From Deltaproteobacteria bacterium (lineage in GTDB: Bacteria; Myxococcota_A; UBA9160; SZUA-336), in assembly GCA_031396695.1 (NCBI GenBank), contig JANNLG010000171.1:6053-70052 (forward strand): a stretch of 64,000 nucleotides of DNA, written 5' to 3'. This document shows, in pieces, positions 34,776 through 45,704 of the stretch. Below the pieces are notes generated by a model that made no database searches, was not told the origin of the DNA, and worked only from the letters and a program-made list of their open reading frames with translations. A program made the position numbers and the translations under genes. The stretch's first letter is position 1. Each line of letters opens with the position of its first letter.

Positions 34776-36028
34776 AACCCGGGCTCGGTCTGCAGATCGT
34801 CGGAGTGGAGCAGCTGCACGGGCACTCGCGCGCCGGCTTCGACGCGGGTCGTGTCCTCGGCCACGAAGGCGAGCCCGTCGGCGCGCACCATCGAGAGCAG
34901 GATGTTCGAGCCCTGCGCGCCGGTCTCGCGCGCGTGCAGCTCGCCTGCCCGGCGCTCGAGCGTGACGCGCACGAAGTGCGCGCGGCCCTTGGGCTTGTCG
35001 TAGGCCTCATCGAGCACGGCCGACTCCACCGCACGGTACACACGTGTGTGTCCCATCATGCGCAGCAGACACGGCCGCACGAACTGCTCGAAGGTGACCA
35101 GCGTCGAGACGGGATTCCCGGGCAGGCCGAACACGGGCCGCTCGCCGATCGTCACGAACGCGAGCGGCGCACCCGGCTTCATGCGGATGCGCCAGAGCCG
35201 CAGGTTTCCGCCCAGACCCGCGAGCACCTGCTTGATCCAGTCGCGGTCACCGACCGAGACGCCGCCGGTCGAGATCACCGCGTCGCAGGCGAGCGCCGCG
35301 CGGAACTGGGCTTCGATCGGGTCGGGCTCGTCGGGGGCGATGCCCAGGTACACGGGCTCGGCGCCGATCTCGCGCAGGCCCGCGCACAGCGCGTACGAGT
35401 TCGAGCTGGCGATGCGGCCGTCCGCGCGCAGGCGGTCGGGCTCGACCAGCTCGTCGCCGGTCGCGAGCACCGCCACGCGCGGCCGCGCGCGCACCGAGAC
35501 CTGCGTGCGTCCGAGCGCGGCGAGCATGCCGACCAACGGCGCGCGCAGGATGTCGCCGGGTGATGCGACCAACACCCCGGGGTGTACGTCCGAGCCCGCG
35601 CGACGGATGTGCTGGCCGAGCTTCGGCGCGCTGCGCACGCGCACCTGCTCGCCCTCGACCGCGGTGTCTTCGACCATCACCACCGCGTCGGCGCCGGCGG
35701 GAATCGCGGCGCCGGTCATGATCCGCGCCGCCTCGCCCGCCCCGATCGCGCGCTGGCTGCGCTTGCCCGCGGGCAGGTCGTCGACGACGCGCAGCAGCGA
35801 CGGCGCGCGGACGGCGTCGGCGGCGCGCAGCGCGTAGCCGTCCATCGCGGAGTTGTCCTCGGGCGGGATCAGCACTCCGGCGTGGATCTGCTCGGCCAGC
35901 ACGCGTCCGGTCGCGCGCTCCAGCCCGAGGGTCTCGCGCCCGAGCGCGGGGGCCGAGCCGAGGATCAACTCGCGCGCCTCCGCGACGCTCACCGTCGACC
36001 GCTCCGCCTCGCCCTTGGCCTCGCGCAT
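34772..36028 (-). CDS. moeA: molybdopterin molybdotransferase
   Basis: ATG 36028 with GGAGGGG upstream. The segments NSAMDGYALRAAD, TGAAIPAGADAVV, STGGVSVGDRD, MKPGAPLAF and GLPGNPVS match MoeA. Confidence 0.9.
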   Translation of the reverse strand: MREAKGEAERSTVSVAEARELILGSAPALGRETLGLERATGRVLAEQIHAGVLIPPEDNSAMDGYALRAADAVRAPSLLRVVDDLPAGKRSQRAIGAGEAARIMTGAAIPAGADAVVMVEDTAVEGEQVRVRSAPKLGQHIRRAGSDVHPGVLVASPGDILRAPLVGMLAALGRTQVSVRARPRVAVLATGDELVEPDRLRADGRIASSNSYALCAGLREIGAEPVYLGIAPDEPDPIEAQFRAALACDAVISTGGVSVGDRDWIKQVLAGLGGNLRLWRIRMKPGAPLAFVTIGERPVFGLPGNPVSTLVTFEQFVRPCLLRMMGHTRVYRAVESAVLDEAYDKPKGRAHFVRVTLERRAGELHARETGAQGSNILLSMVRADGLAFVAEDTTRVEAGARVPVQLLHSDDLQTEPGF

Positions 36029-36104
36029 CACCCCTCCGCGGGCTAGTCTGCCCAAAACTTAGGCAGATCGCCCTGCGATCGCCGCGGCGTGAGCATGCAC
36101 CGGT

Positions 36105-36121
36105 CGGCTCCGCCCTTGCAT
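36105..36121 (+). promoter_or_regulatory. weak sigma-54-type promoter candidate upstream of the sensor kinase
   Basis: CGGCTCCGCCCTTGCAT has GG (36106-7) and GC (36118-9) at the canonical 12-nt offset, and TTGCAT is a good -12 element. The -24 half matches only GGC-C. It lies 17 nt before ATG 36138, so the leader would be very short. Confidence 0.3.
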
Positions 36122-36137
36122 CTAGCTGGCGGGTCCG

Positions 36138-37219
36138 ATGAAAGAAACCCTCGAGCGCATCGACGACATCCTCGGATCGCTCCGCGTGGGGATCCTCGCG
36201 ATCGATGCGGACGGCCGGGTCGAGCTCGAGAACCCCGAGGCGAGCCGGATCCTGGGCCAGTCGATCGTGGCCGCGGTCGGCCGCCCGCTCCACCAGGTGC
36301 TCGGCCGCCAGCACCCCGCGAGCGCCCTGCTCGAGACCGCGCTGCGCGAAGGCCGGGCGGTTTCGGAGCACGGCTGCCTAGTGCCCGATCGGATGGGTGG
36401 CCGGCCGCTGGTGGTCGATCTGTCCGCGGCCCCGATCGGACGCGGCAGCGAGGTGCACGGCGCCGTGCTCTCGCTCAGCGACCGCACGATCGGCGTCGAG
36501 CTCGAGGACCTGCTCGGCCAGCGCGCGCGCTCCGAGCTGTTCGCGCAGCTCGCGGCCGGCATCGCGCACGAGCTGCGCAACCCGCTGTCCGGCATTCGCG
36601 GCGCGGCCGACCTGCTGCTGGGCAAGCTCCCCGAGTCGAGCCTCGCGCGCTACCCCGAGCTGATCCGCGCGGAAGTCGATCGCATGCGTCGGCTGCTCGA
36701 CGACCTGGCCGAGCTCACACGCGGCGGCGACCTGCGCCCGCGCCGCGCCAACCTGCACCGCGTGATCGACGACGTGGTCGAGCTGCACAGCCACTCCGAG
36801 ACGTGGCAGGGCATCAAGATCGAACGCAGCTACGACCCGAGCATTCCCGAGTTCGAGTTCGACCCCGACCGCACCACGCAAGTGCTGTTGAACCTGATGC
36901 GCAACGCGGTGCAAGCGATGGCGGGCAGCGGCACGCTCACGCTGCGCACGCGCATCGAGTCGGCGTACCACTTCGAACACGTCGGGCCCGAGCGCGCACG
37001 GCTCGTGCGCATCGACATCCAGGACACCGGCCCCGGCATTCCCGACGAGGACCTGCCGCTCCTGTTCACGCCGTTCTTCACGCGCCGCAGCTCCGGCACC
37101 GGGCTCGGTCTGGCCGTCGCTCAAGCCTGGACCGTGAAGCAGGGCGGGCGGATCCTGGTGCGCAGCCGCGCCGGAGAAGGAACACGCATGCGTGTAGAGC
37201 TGCCCCTCCGGAAGCCGAC

Positions 37220-37223
<4 letters not shown>
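36138..37223 (+). CDS. PAS-domain sensor histidine kinase (NtrB-like)
   Basis: Full-length track ORF. A PAS-like N-terminus is followed by the H-box AAGIAHELRNPLSGI and the N/G boxes (LLNLMRNAVQA, DTGPGI, GTGLGL). Confidence 0.85.
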
Positions 37224-38685
<1,462 letters not shown>

Positions 38686-38689
<4 letters not shown>

Positions 38690-39342
38690 CGGTTGCCGGG
38701 CTCGAGCGCGTGCAGGGTGTGTACGCGCTCGTGGACGACGACCCGCGCTGGCGCAACCATCCGCGCGCGCAGCTCGCGGGCGCGCTCGCGGGCGGCTCGA
38801 CCGTGATCCAGCTTCGGCTCAAGCACCAAGGCGACGGCGCGACGCTCGCACTCGCGCGCGAGGCGGTCGTCCACACGCGCGCGGCTGGCGCGCTGCTGTT
38901 CGTGAACGACCGTTTCGATCTGGCGCTGCTGGCGGGCGCGGACGGCGTGCACCTGGGGCAGGACGACCTCGCGCCGGAGGGGATCCCGGCCGACGCGCGC
39001 GCGCGGCTCCTGGTCGGGCTCTCGACCCACACGCTCGAGCAGGTGCGCGCGAGCCGCGCCAGGCCTGTCGACTACGTCGCGTTCGGGCCGGTCTACGGCA
39101 CGCGCTCGAAGGCATCGGAGTTCTCGCCGCGCGGGCTCGCGCTTCTGTGCGAGGCCGTCGCGCTGGCCGAGCGGCCGCTGGTCGCGATCGGCGGAATCAC
39201 GGCCGAAAACGCCGCGGACGTCCGCGCTGCGGGCGCCGTCGCGATCGCCGTGATCTCGGCCATCGCCGACGCGAGCGACCCGGCCGAGGCGACGCGTTAC
39301 CTTCGGGCGCGCTTTCTGGCCTCGCCCCCCGGGAGAAACTAG
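38686..39342 (+). CDS. thiE: thiamine phosphate synthase
   Basis: GTGA overlap with the regulator stop. The segments VYALVDD, VIQLRLK, LFVNDRFDLALLAGADGVHLGQDD, DYVAFGPVYGT and LVAIGGI match ThiE. Confidence 0.85.
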
Positions 39343-39346
39343 CTCG

Positions 39347-40591
39347 TTGGAACGCGCGATGGGTCTCGTCGGGGTCGTCTGCCTGCTCGCGATTGCGTTC
39401 GCGCTGTCGACCAATCGCAAAGCGGTGCAGTGGCGGCCGATCGGCGTCGCGCTCCTGATCCAGCTCGCGATCGCGCTGGCGGTGCTGCGCACGCCGTTCG
39501 GAGCGAGCTTCTTCGCGCTGGTCAACGACGGCGCGGCGGCGTTCATCGGCGCGGCCAACGTCGGCATCGATTTCGTGTTCGGCGCCTGGCCCGAGACCGT
39601 GCTCGGCCCCGACGGACAGGCGCTGCGGCTGCCCTACGTGTTCGCGATCCGCGTGCTGCCGATCCTCGTGTTCATGAGCAGCGTGTTCGCGGTGCTGCAG
39701 CACTTCGGAATCTTGCAGCGCGTGGTCGAAGTACTCGCGCGCGGACTGCGCCGCACGCTGCGCACCAGCGGCGCGGAGTCGCTCGCGGCGATCGCGGAGG
39801 TCTTTCTCGGCATGACCGAGGCGCCGCTGATGATCCGGCCCTACGTGGCCGGGCTCACGCGCAGCGAGCTGTTCTGCGTGATGACGGCCGGGCTTGCGAC
39901 CGTCGCGGGCACCGTGCTGGTCGCGTACATGGGCATGATCGGGCCCGAGTACGCGGGCCATCTGGTGGCCGCGAGCTTCATGGCCGCACCGGCCGCGATT
40001 GCGATCGCGAAACTGATGGTGCCCGAGGAAGGGGTGCCGCAGACGCGCGCGCTCGCGCACGTCGCGCTGCCGCGCACCACCGTGAACGCGATCGACGCGG
40101 CGGCGAGCGGCGCCGCCGACGGCGTGCGACTCGCGCTCAACATCGGCGGCATGCTGGTCGCGTTCGTGGCGCTCGTGCACGTGGCCAACGCGCTGCTCGG
40201 CTGGGCGGGCGGGCTGGTCGGCGTTTCGGAGCTCTCGTTCGAGCGCATCCTCGGCACGTTGCTCGCACCGCTCGCCTTCGTGCTGGGCGTGCCCTGGCAT
40301 GACGCCGCCAAGATCGGCGAGCTGTTGGGCGTGAAGACGGTCCTGAACGAATTCATCGCGTACCAGCTGCTGGCCGAGGCGAAGCCCGGGCTCGACCCTC
40401 GCTCGATCGTGAGCGCGAGCTACGCCCTGTGCGGCTTCGCGAACTTGGGCTCGCTCGCGATCCAGATCGGCGGGCTCGGCGGCATCGCGCCCGAGCGCCG
40501 CGGCGACGTGGCGCGCGACGCCATGCGCGCGCTGGTCGCGGGTTCGCTCGCGAGCTTCATGACCGCGGCGATCGCGGGCATGGTCTACTGA
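39347..40591 (+). CDS. NupC/NupG-family concentrative nucleoside transporter
   Basis: Track ORF with TTG 39347 (ATG 39359 is the alternative). The segments LLAIAFALSTNRKAV and GVKTVLNEFIAYQLL plus the C-terminal FANLGSLAIQIGGLG are typical of the CNT family. Confidence 0.9.
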   Translation: MERAMGLVGVVCLLAIAFALSTNRKAVQWRPIGVALLIQLAIALAVLRTPFGASFFALVNDGAAAFIGAANVGIDFVFGAWPETVLGPDGQALRLPYVFAIRVLPILVFMSSVFAVLQHFGILQRVVEVLARGLRRTLRTSGAESLAAIAEVFLGMTEAPLMIRPYVAGLTRSELFCVMTAGLATVAGTVLVAYMGMIGPEYAGHLVAASFMAAPAAIAIAKLMVPEEGVPQTRALAHVALPRTTVNAIDAAASGAADGVRLALNIGGMLVAFVALVHVANALLGWAGGLVGVSELSFERILGTLLAPLAFVLGVPWHDAAKIGELLGVKTVLNEFIAYQLLAEAKPGLDPRSIVSASYALCGFANLGSLAIQIGGLGGIAPERRGDVARDAMRALVAGSLASFMTAAIAGMVY

Positions 40592-41478
40592 GGCGTCGGC
40601 GGCGCGGGCTCGGACGCGACCGGCAGGAAGAGCGACACCCTCGCACCGCCGTCCGGGTTGTTCGCCCGCCGCAGCGATCCGCCGCTCGCGCGCGCGATAC
40701 GCTCCGCGGTGTAGAGGCCGAGGCCGAGCGACCCGCGCTTGCTGCTCTCGAACACCTCGATCGGCTGGCCGAGCTGGGTCTGCGTGAAGCCAGGGCCGTC
40801 GTCGCTGATCTCCACCGCAACGACGTCGACCTCTTCGCTGATGCCGACGCGCACGTCGACCCGCCTCGCGCGTGTCAGACCATCTCCCGCGCAGCCGTTC
40901 TCGAGCACCGCGACGAGCGCGCGATCCAGGCCCGTCCGTCCGGCGGAAACGGCCACGCGCGCCACGACGACGTCGCTCGGGGGCGCGTGCACGACCAACG
41001 TCGTGCGCTTGTGACGCCTGCGGACGTGCGTCGCGCTCGCCTGCAAGACCTCGAGCAGGTCGACCGGCTTGATCAGCGGCGAGCGCGGAGGCGTCGTCGT
41101 CTCCGGGCGCCGGCCGCTGTCGATCACGGCCTTCAGCTGACGGAGCGCGTCGACCATGCCGTTCGCCGCCGCTCCGAGATCCGCGAGCGCCGCCGGCGAC
41201 GCGTCGAGCACGCGGCTCGAGTCGATGAAGAGCTGAGTGGAAAGGAGAGCCGTCGAGAGCACGTTGTTCACGTCGTGCGCGCGCTTGCGCAGATCGCGCA
41301 CCGTGGCCTCGAGGCTCTCGTCGCCGCGGATGCGGTTCTCCCAGACACAGGCTTCGAGCGCCGCGCGCAGCGCTTCCAGCTTCTCGCGCTCGCGCAGCGC
41401 CCGGAAGCGAAGCCAGAGCGCGAGTGCGGCCAGCGCCGCGAGCAACGCGAGTCCGCCGAACAGGGGAAGAACCTGCAA
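40585..41478 (-). CDS. sensor histidine kinase
   Basis: TTG 41478. An N-terminal TM segment is followed by the H-box KRAHDVNNVLST and the HATPase motifs (DDGPGF, GSLGLGLY). Confidence 0.75.
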   Translation of the reverse strand: MQVLPLFGGLALLAALAALALWLRFRALREREKLEALRAALEACVWENRIRGDESLEATVRDLRKRAHDVNNVLSTALLSTQLFIDSSRVLDASPAALADLGAAANGMVDALRQLKAVIDSGRRPETTTPPRSPLIKPVDLLEVLQASATHVRRRHKRTTLVVHAPPSDVVVARVAVSAGRTGLDRALVAVLENGCAGDGLTRARRVDVRVGISEEVDVVAVEISDDGPGFTQTQLGQPIEVFESSKRGSLGLGLYTAERIARASGGSLRRANNPDGGARVSLFLPVASEPAPPTPQ

Positions 41479-41482
41479 CGCC

Positions 41483-42073
41483 TCAGTTGCGCCCGCGGCG
41501 CTCTCCCCGGGCTTGCGCGAGCTCGATCAAGCGGACCGCCTGCTGCACCGCCTGCCGGCTCACACCGAGAATCCGCGCCGCGCCGCTGCGGCTGCCGTGT
41601 TTGCGGGCGAGCGCCTCGTCGACCATCACGCCGCGCACCTCGTCGAGCACCTGACGCATCGGTGTGTTGCCGACGTGCGCGGCGACCAACGGCCCGAGAT
41701 CCGGGCGATCGGCCAGCGCCTCGTCGACGGAGCGGGTGAGGTCCTCGAGCGAAATCGGCTTGGGCAGGTAGCGGCGCGCGCCCAGCCGCGCGAGCTCGAA
41801 CGCTTCTTCCGCGGAGGCCTGTCCGCTCATCGCGATCACGGCGGGCGCGGGGCGTTGCTTCACGGCGTGCTCGACGATCGGCCGCGCGGTCCCGTCCGGG
41901 AGCGCCACGTCCACGATTACCAGATCGGGGCTCTGCGCGAGGCACTCGAAGGCCTCGCGGACCGAGCCGGCTTCGAGCACTTCCGCGCCCCAAGCCCGCG
42001 CGGCGCGCGCGAGCGCCTGCCGTAGCGGCTTGTGGTCTTCGACGATCAGAACCCGACTCGGTTGGCTCTCCAT
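41483..42073 (-). CDS. response regulator with short Fis-type HTH (RegA/ActR-like architecture)
   Basis: ATG 42073 (MESQPSRVLIVEDHKPLR...). The REC domain is followed by the C-terminal GSRSGAARILGVSRQAVQQAV. There is no AAA+ domain. Confidence 0.8.
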   Translation of the reverse strand: MESQPSRVLIVEDHKPLRQALARAARAWGAEVLEAGSVREAFECLAQSPDLVIVDVALPDGTARPIVEHAVKQRPAPAVIAMSGQASAEEAFELARLGARRYLPKPISLEDLTRSVDEALADRPDLGPLVAAHVGNTPMRQVLDEVRGVMVDEALARKHGSRSGAARILGVSRQAVQQAVRLIELAQARGERRGRN

Positions 42074-42248
42074 CGCGCTTCCGCTACTCCCGCGGCCACC
42101 GTACCACGCCTGAAGGATTCCGAGGCCCTGCAAGCACTCTTGCATTACGCGATTCGCGCCGACGCGCCATGATCACGCCAAGCGAGAAAGATCCCTTCCC
42201 TCTCGCAAATGAGCCTATGGCGGGCTAGCCCGCCGCGAGCGGCTCTTC

Positions 42249-42284
42249 GGGGGCGGCAGTGGCCCGAACGGCGCTACCGCCCCC
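42249..42284 (-). terminator. GC-rich stem-loop downstream of the PLP-enzyme gene (possible terminator, no U-tract)
   Basis: GGGGGCGG...CCGCCCCC forms an 8-bp perfect stem that can be extended with A-T, G-C, T-G and G-C pairs. It lies 24 nt after the stop at 42308. Confidence 0.35.
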
Positions 42285-42307
42285 GAGTCTCGTCCGGGCA
42301 TCGACGC

Positions 42308-44143
42308 TCAGGACATCAGCTCCGCGGTACCCGGCTGAGCCTCCGCGTAGCGGCGGTGCGTTGCGGTGTAGGTCTCGCGCCAGAAGGCGTCGATCTCGGC
42401 CGCGGACGGAAACGCCGCCGAGAAGCCGGGCTGCACCGGATCGAGCGCGAGCTCCGAGGCGCGGATGAAGTGCGCGAGCAGCGTGCGCGGGTCCTCGTCG
42501 CCGACCGCGATCCGGATCGTGGTGGGAGAGATGCCGGCGGCCGCGAGCGCATCCGCGGCGAGCTCCGAGTGGCTGGTGAGCGCCGGGCACAGCACCACCG
42601 TGTTGGTCTGACCCAGGCTCACCTGCAGCCCGAACGCCGGCTCGAGGCAGTCGAAGAAGCGCTTGAACGCCTCGATCCCGATCGGCGCCGCGCCGCCCGC
42701 CTCGCCCTCGAAGTCGATCGTGAACAGCGGCGCGGGCAGCCCCAGGTACAAGAGCCGCTCGCGCAGCGGGCCGTTCTCGTCGCCCGGCACGGCGTTGCAG
42801 CGCACGCGGATGCCCGGGTGGCGCGCGAGCACCTGCGCGAGCACGAGCGTCGCGATGCATTTCTGCAGCATGCGCAGCTCGAGCGTGCGCATGCCGTTGA
42901 TCACTTCGAAGGCCTTGTCCGCGTCTAGGAACGCGCCCTTCACGTAGTAGACGTTCCAGAACAGCGTGTCGCTCCAGTCGAACACGCGCAGCTTGCCGTC
43001 GGGGCCGGGCAACTCGAGCGACGAGCCCTTGGGAATGAACATGCGCTCGTTGCGCGCGATCGCGACGCCCGCCGTGGTGGTGCCAGTGCCCACCAGATCC
43101 TTCGTGTAGGAGTGGATCACGAAGTCGGGCCGTTCGCGTGGATCGTCGCGCCGCAGCACCGGATGCAGAAACGGCGTGCCGACCGTCGCGTCGCAAATCA
43201 CCTCGATGCCCGCGGCGTGCGCGACGCGACTTATGCCCGGCACGTCGAGCACGTAGCCGTGCGGGTTGCAGGGCGACTCCAGGTACACGTAGATGCGTCG
43301 GCCCTGCGCGATGCGGTCGCCGAACTCGTCCTGCACCGCGGCGAGCGCGGCGTCGAAGTCGGCCACGCCGGTGCCGTCGAAGAAGCGCACCGCGATGTCG
43401 AGGTTGCTGCGCTTGCCGTACCAGTCGTGCAGGAGCTGGTGCGCGCCCCCGTAGACGTTGCGGCTGGCCAACACGATGTCGCGGTAGCCGACCAGGTGCG
43501 CGAGCACGGCATCGATCGCGGCCATGCCGGAATTGAAGTTCCAGGCGAAGTACTCACCCGCGAGCGGTCCGCACTCGACGTCGACCACGTGGTTCGCCAG
43601 GCAGGTCGAGGTCGGGTTCATCAGCCGCGAATAGATCTCGTGCAGCAGCTCCTTGCCCTGGAAGGCGTCGTCGATCCACTCGGTGCAGGCGTACAGGTAG
43701 GTCGCGGTGCGCGTGATCACGGGCGTGGAGCTGAAGATCGCCGTCACGTTGTCGAAGATCGGGTAAGGCCCGCGCGCGGGACCGGCCGAGTGCTCGACCG
43801 CCAGCGACTGCCAGGTCTTGCGCATCGGGTTCTGCAGCGTGTCGAGCACCTTGGCGAGCTGGAAACACAGGAAGCGCTTGGCGTTGAAGAAGGCGATGCG
43901 ATCGCGCCGGTCGAGCCGCGCGAGCTGGCGCACCGTCTCTTCCCAGAGCCCGTGCATGGCCTGGTTCGCGCGGTAGACGTGGGTCGCGACTTCCGCGAGC
44001 TCACGCCCGAGCGGGCTCGCGGGGTCGAGCGAGAAGTGGCGCAGCTGCTCGTCGACCAGCGCCTCGACGCTGTTCGCGCGCGTGGTCTTGCGCAGCGGGC
44101 TCAGCTCGCGCGCGTGCTGCCGTTCGGAATCGAATCCGCTCAT
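42308..44143 (-). CDS. PLP-dependent transferase of the Cys/Met-metabolism (trans-sulfuration) fold with a long N-terminal extension
   Basis: ATG 44143 preceded by GGGGGGGAG. Product is 611 aa. Core motifs are NPTSTCLANHV, FNSGMAAI, YLESPCNP and the Schiff-base region IHSYTKDLVGTG. The first 170 aa or so were not recognised. The remainder of track ORF 42308..46276 is an out-of-context extension. Confidence 0.8.
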   Translation of the reverse strand: MSGFDSERQHARELSPLRKTTRANSVEALVDEQLRHFSLDPASPLGRELAEVATHVYRANQAMHGLWEETVRQLARLDRRDRIAFFNAKRFLCFQLAKVLDTLQNPMRKTWQSLAVEHSAGPARGPYPIFDNVTAIFSSTPVITRTATYLYACTEWIDDAFQGKELLHEIYSRLMNPTSTCLANHVVDVECGPLAGEYFAWNFNSGMAAIDAVLAHLVGYRDIVLASRNVYGGAHQLLHDWYGKRSNLDIAVRFFDGTGVADFDAALAAVQDEFGDRIAQGRRIYVYLESPCNPHGYVLDVPGISRVAHAAGIEVICDATVGTPFLHPVLRRDDPRERPDFVIHSYTKDLVGTGTTTAGVAIARNERMFIPKGSSLELPGPDGKLRVFDWSDTLFWNVYYVKGAFLDADKAFEVINGMRTLELRMLQKCIATLVLAQVLARHPGIRVRCNAVPGDENGPLRERLLYLGLPAPLFTIDFEGEAGGAAPIGIEAFKRFFDCLEPAFGLQVSLGQTNTVVLCPALTSHSELAADALAAAGISPTTIRIAVGDEDPRTLLAHFIRASELALDPVQPGFSAAFPSAAEIDAFWRETYTATHRRYAEAQPGTAELMS

Positions 44144-45057
44144 CGCTCCCCCCCGGCGGCCGAGTCTACCGACGCCTCGAGCAGCGCGCACACGGCGGCG
44201 TTGAGCGGTGTCGCAATTCCGTGTCGTGCGCCGATCCGGACGACCGCGCCGTTGCGCGCATCGCCCTCCAGGCGCCGGCCGGCGCGGCGATCGTAGAGCA
44301 TCGACGTGCCCGCCTTGCCCGGCACCGCGAGCAGACGCGCGACCAGCGCGTCGGGAAGCGCGTCGTCGAGCGTCGCGCCCTCCGCGCGGCCCACCGTCAG
44401 GCACTCCGCGATCAGTCCGCGCGCGAGCGCAGCCATCCCCGGCGCGTGCAACACCTCGTGCGGCCGGCCGGTCAGCGCGAGCAGCGGCCCGCTCGCGACG
44501 TTCAGGCACAGCTTGCGCCACGCGGCGCTGTTGAAGTCCGCGGTTACCTCGACCGCCACGCTCGTACCGGCGAACAGCGCGGCGAAGGCCTCGCCGGGTC
44601 GGCCGACCGGCACGCTCAAGCGCGCGGGCCCGCGCTGCGTGACGCGACCCGGCGCGCTGCGCTCCGCCGGACACTCGACCACCACGGGCAGGATCTCCGC
44701 CTCGCCCGCGTACGCCTGCACGCGCTCGCGGTGCTCGACGCCGTTCTGCAGCACCGCGAGCGTCGCGCCGGCGCGGCACAATGCGCGCAGCCAAGGCGCG
44801 GCGCCGGGCACGTCGTAGGCTTTGGTCGCGAGCAGGATCCAGTCCACGGGCGCGAAGCGCGCATTGGTGGCCGCGAAGCGCGTGGGATCGCGCTCGCAGT
44901 GAACGGGCAAGTCGAAGCGGCCGGCCGGGCTCTCGAGCACGAGCGACGCGAACGTCTCGCGCACGCACAGCACCAGCTCGTGCGCGCCGGACGCGGCGAG
45001 CGGCGCCGCCACCGCGCCCCCGATCGCACCGACTCCGATGACCGCGATCCGCGCCAC
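44140..45057 (-). CDS. 2-dehydropantoate 2-reductase family protein (PanE/ApbA-like)
   Basis: GTG 45057. The N-terminal IAVIGVGAIGGAVA Rossmann motif is followed by LLATKAYD, LQNGV and the C-terminal SMLYDRRAGRRLE. The gene's stop (44140) overlaps the start (44143) of the downstream PLP-enzyme gene as ATGA. Confidence 0.8.
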   Translation of the reverse strand: MARIAVIGVGAIGGAVAAPLAASGAHELVLCVRETFASLVLESPAGRFDLPVHCERDPTRFAATNARFAPVDWILLATKAYDVPGAAPWLRALCRAGATLAVLQNGVEHRERVQAYAGEAEILPVVVECPAERSAPGRVTQRGPARLSVPVGRPGEAFAALFAGTSVAVEVTADFNSAAWRKLCLNVASGPLLALTGRPHEVLHAPGMAALARGLIAECLTVGRAEGATLDDALPDALVARLLAVPGKAGTSMLYDRRAGRRLEGDARNGAVVRIGARHGIATPLNAAVCALLEASVDSAAGGER

Positions 45058-45066
45058 GCGCGCGCC

Positions 45067-45636
45067 TCAGCTTCGCGGCACGAGATCGAGATCCGCCTCG
45101 ATCTCGGCGCGCTTCGCGTCGCGCCAGGCGCGGAACTCGGGCCCGTCCCAGGCGCGCTGGTCGCCGAGCAGGTAGCTGCGCGCGTTGCGCTCGTACAGCC
45201 AGGCGTTCAAGCGGTTCTCGCGCGACGAGTCGCGCTCCGCGATCACCTTGGCGGGAATGCCCACGAGCACCACCCCGGGCGGAAACTCCTTGCCCTCGGG
45301 CACCAGTGCACCGCCGCCCACGATCGAGCCCTTCCCGATCACCGCGCCGTCCATGATCGTCGCACCGATCCCGATCAAGCAGTGGTCGCCGATGGTCGCG
45401 CCGTGGATGGTCGCGCGGTGCGTGATCGAGCAGAACTCGCCGATCCGCGTCGGCGCCTCGTAGCCCACGTGGATCATCGCGAAGTCCTGCAGGTTGGTGT
45501 ACCGGCCGATGCGCACCTCCTGCGCCTCCGCGCGGATCACCGCGTGCGGCCATAGCGATGCGTGCTCGGCGATCGTCACCCGGCCGTAGATCTGCACGCC
45601 CGGGGCGCGGAAGACGCTCTCGTGGATCGACTGCAT
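45067..45636 (-). CDS. gamma-class carbonic anhydrase family (hexapeptide-repeat) protein
   Basis: ATG 45636 with GGGGGGAG upstream. The segments WPHAVIRAE...IGRYTNLQDFAMIHV, HRATIHGATIGDHCLIGIGATIMDGAVIG and PPGVVLVGIPAKV match the family. Confidence 0.85.
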   Translation of the reverse strand: MQSIHESVFRAPGVQIYGRVTIAEHASLWPHAVIRAEAQEVRIGRYTNLQDFAMIHVGYEAPTRIGEFCSITHRATIHGATIGDHCLIGIGATIMDGAVIGKGSIVGGGALVPEGKEFPPGVVLVGIPAKVIAERDSSRENRLNAWLYERNARSYLLGDQRAWDGPEFRAWRDAKRAEIEADLDLVPRS

Positions 45637-45704
45637 GGTCGCTCTCCCCCCGGGTGGGTCTAGCCTTGGCGAGGACGGCCGGCCAGCGATACGATGCCGG
45701 GCCC

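Noticed and set aside
36029-36137. Possible Moco riboswitch upstream of moeA.
   Set aside because: The gap is only 109 nt and is shared with the divergent kinase promoter. I could not draw the conserved multi-stem Moco RNA architecture. It contains only a 6-bp inverted repeat (TCTGCC/GGCAGA).
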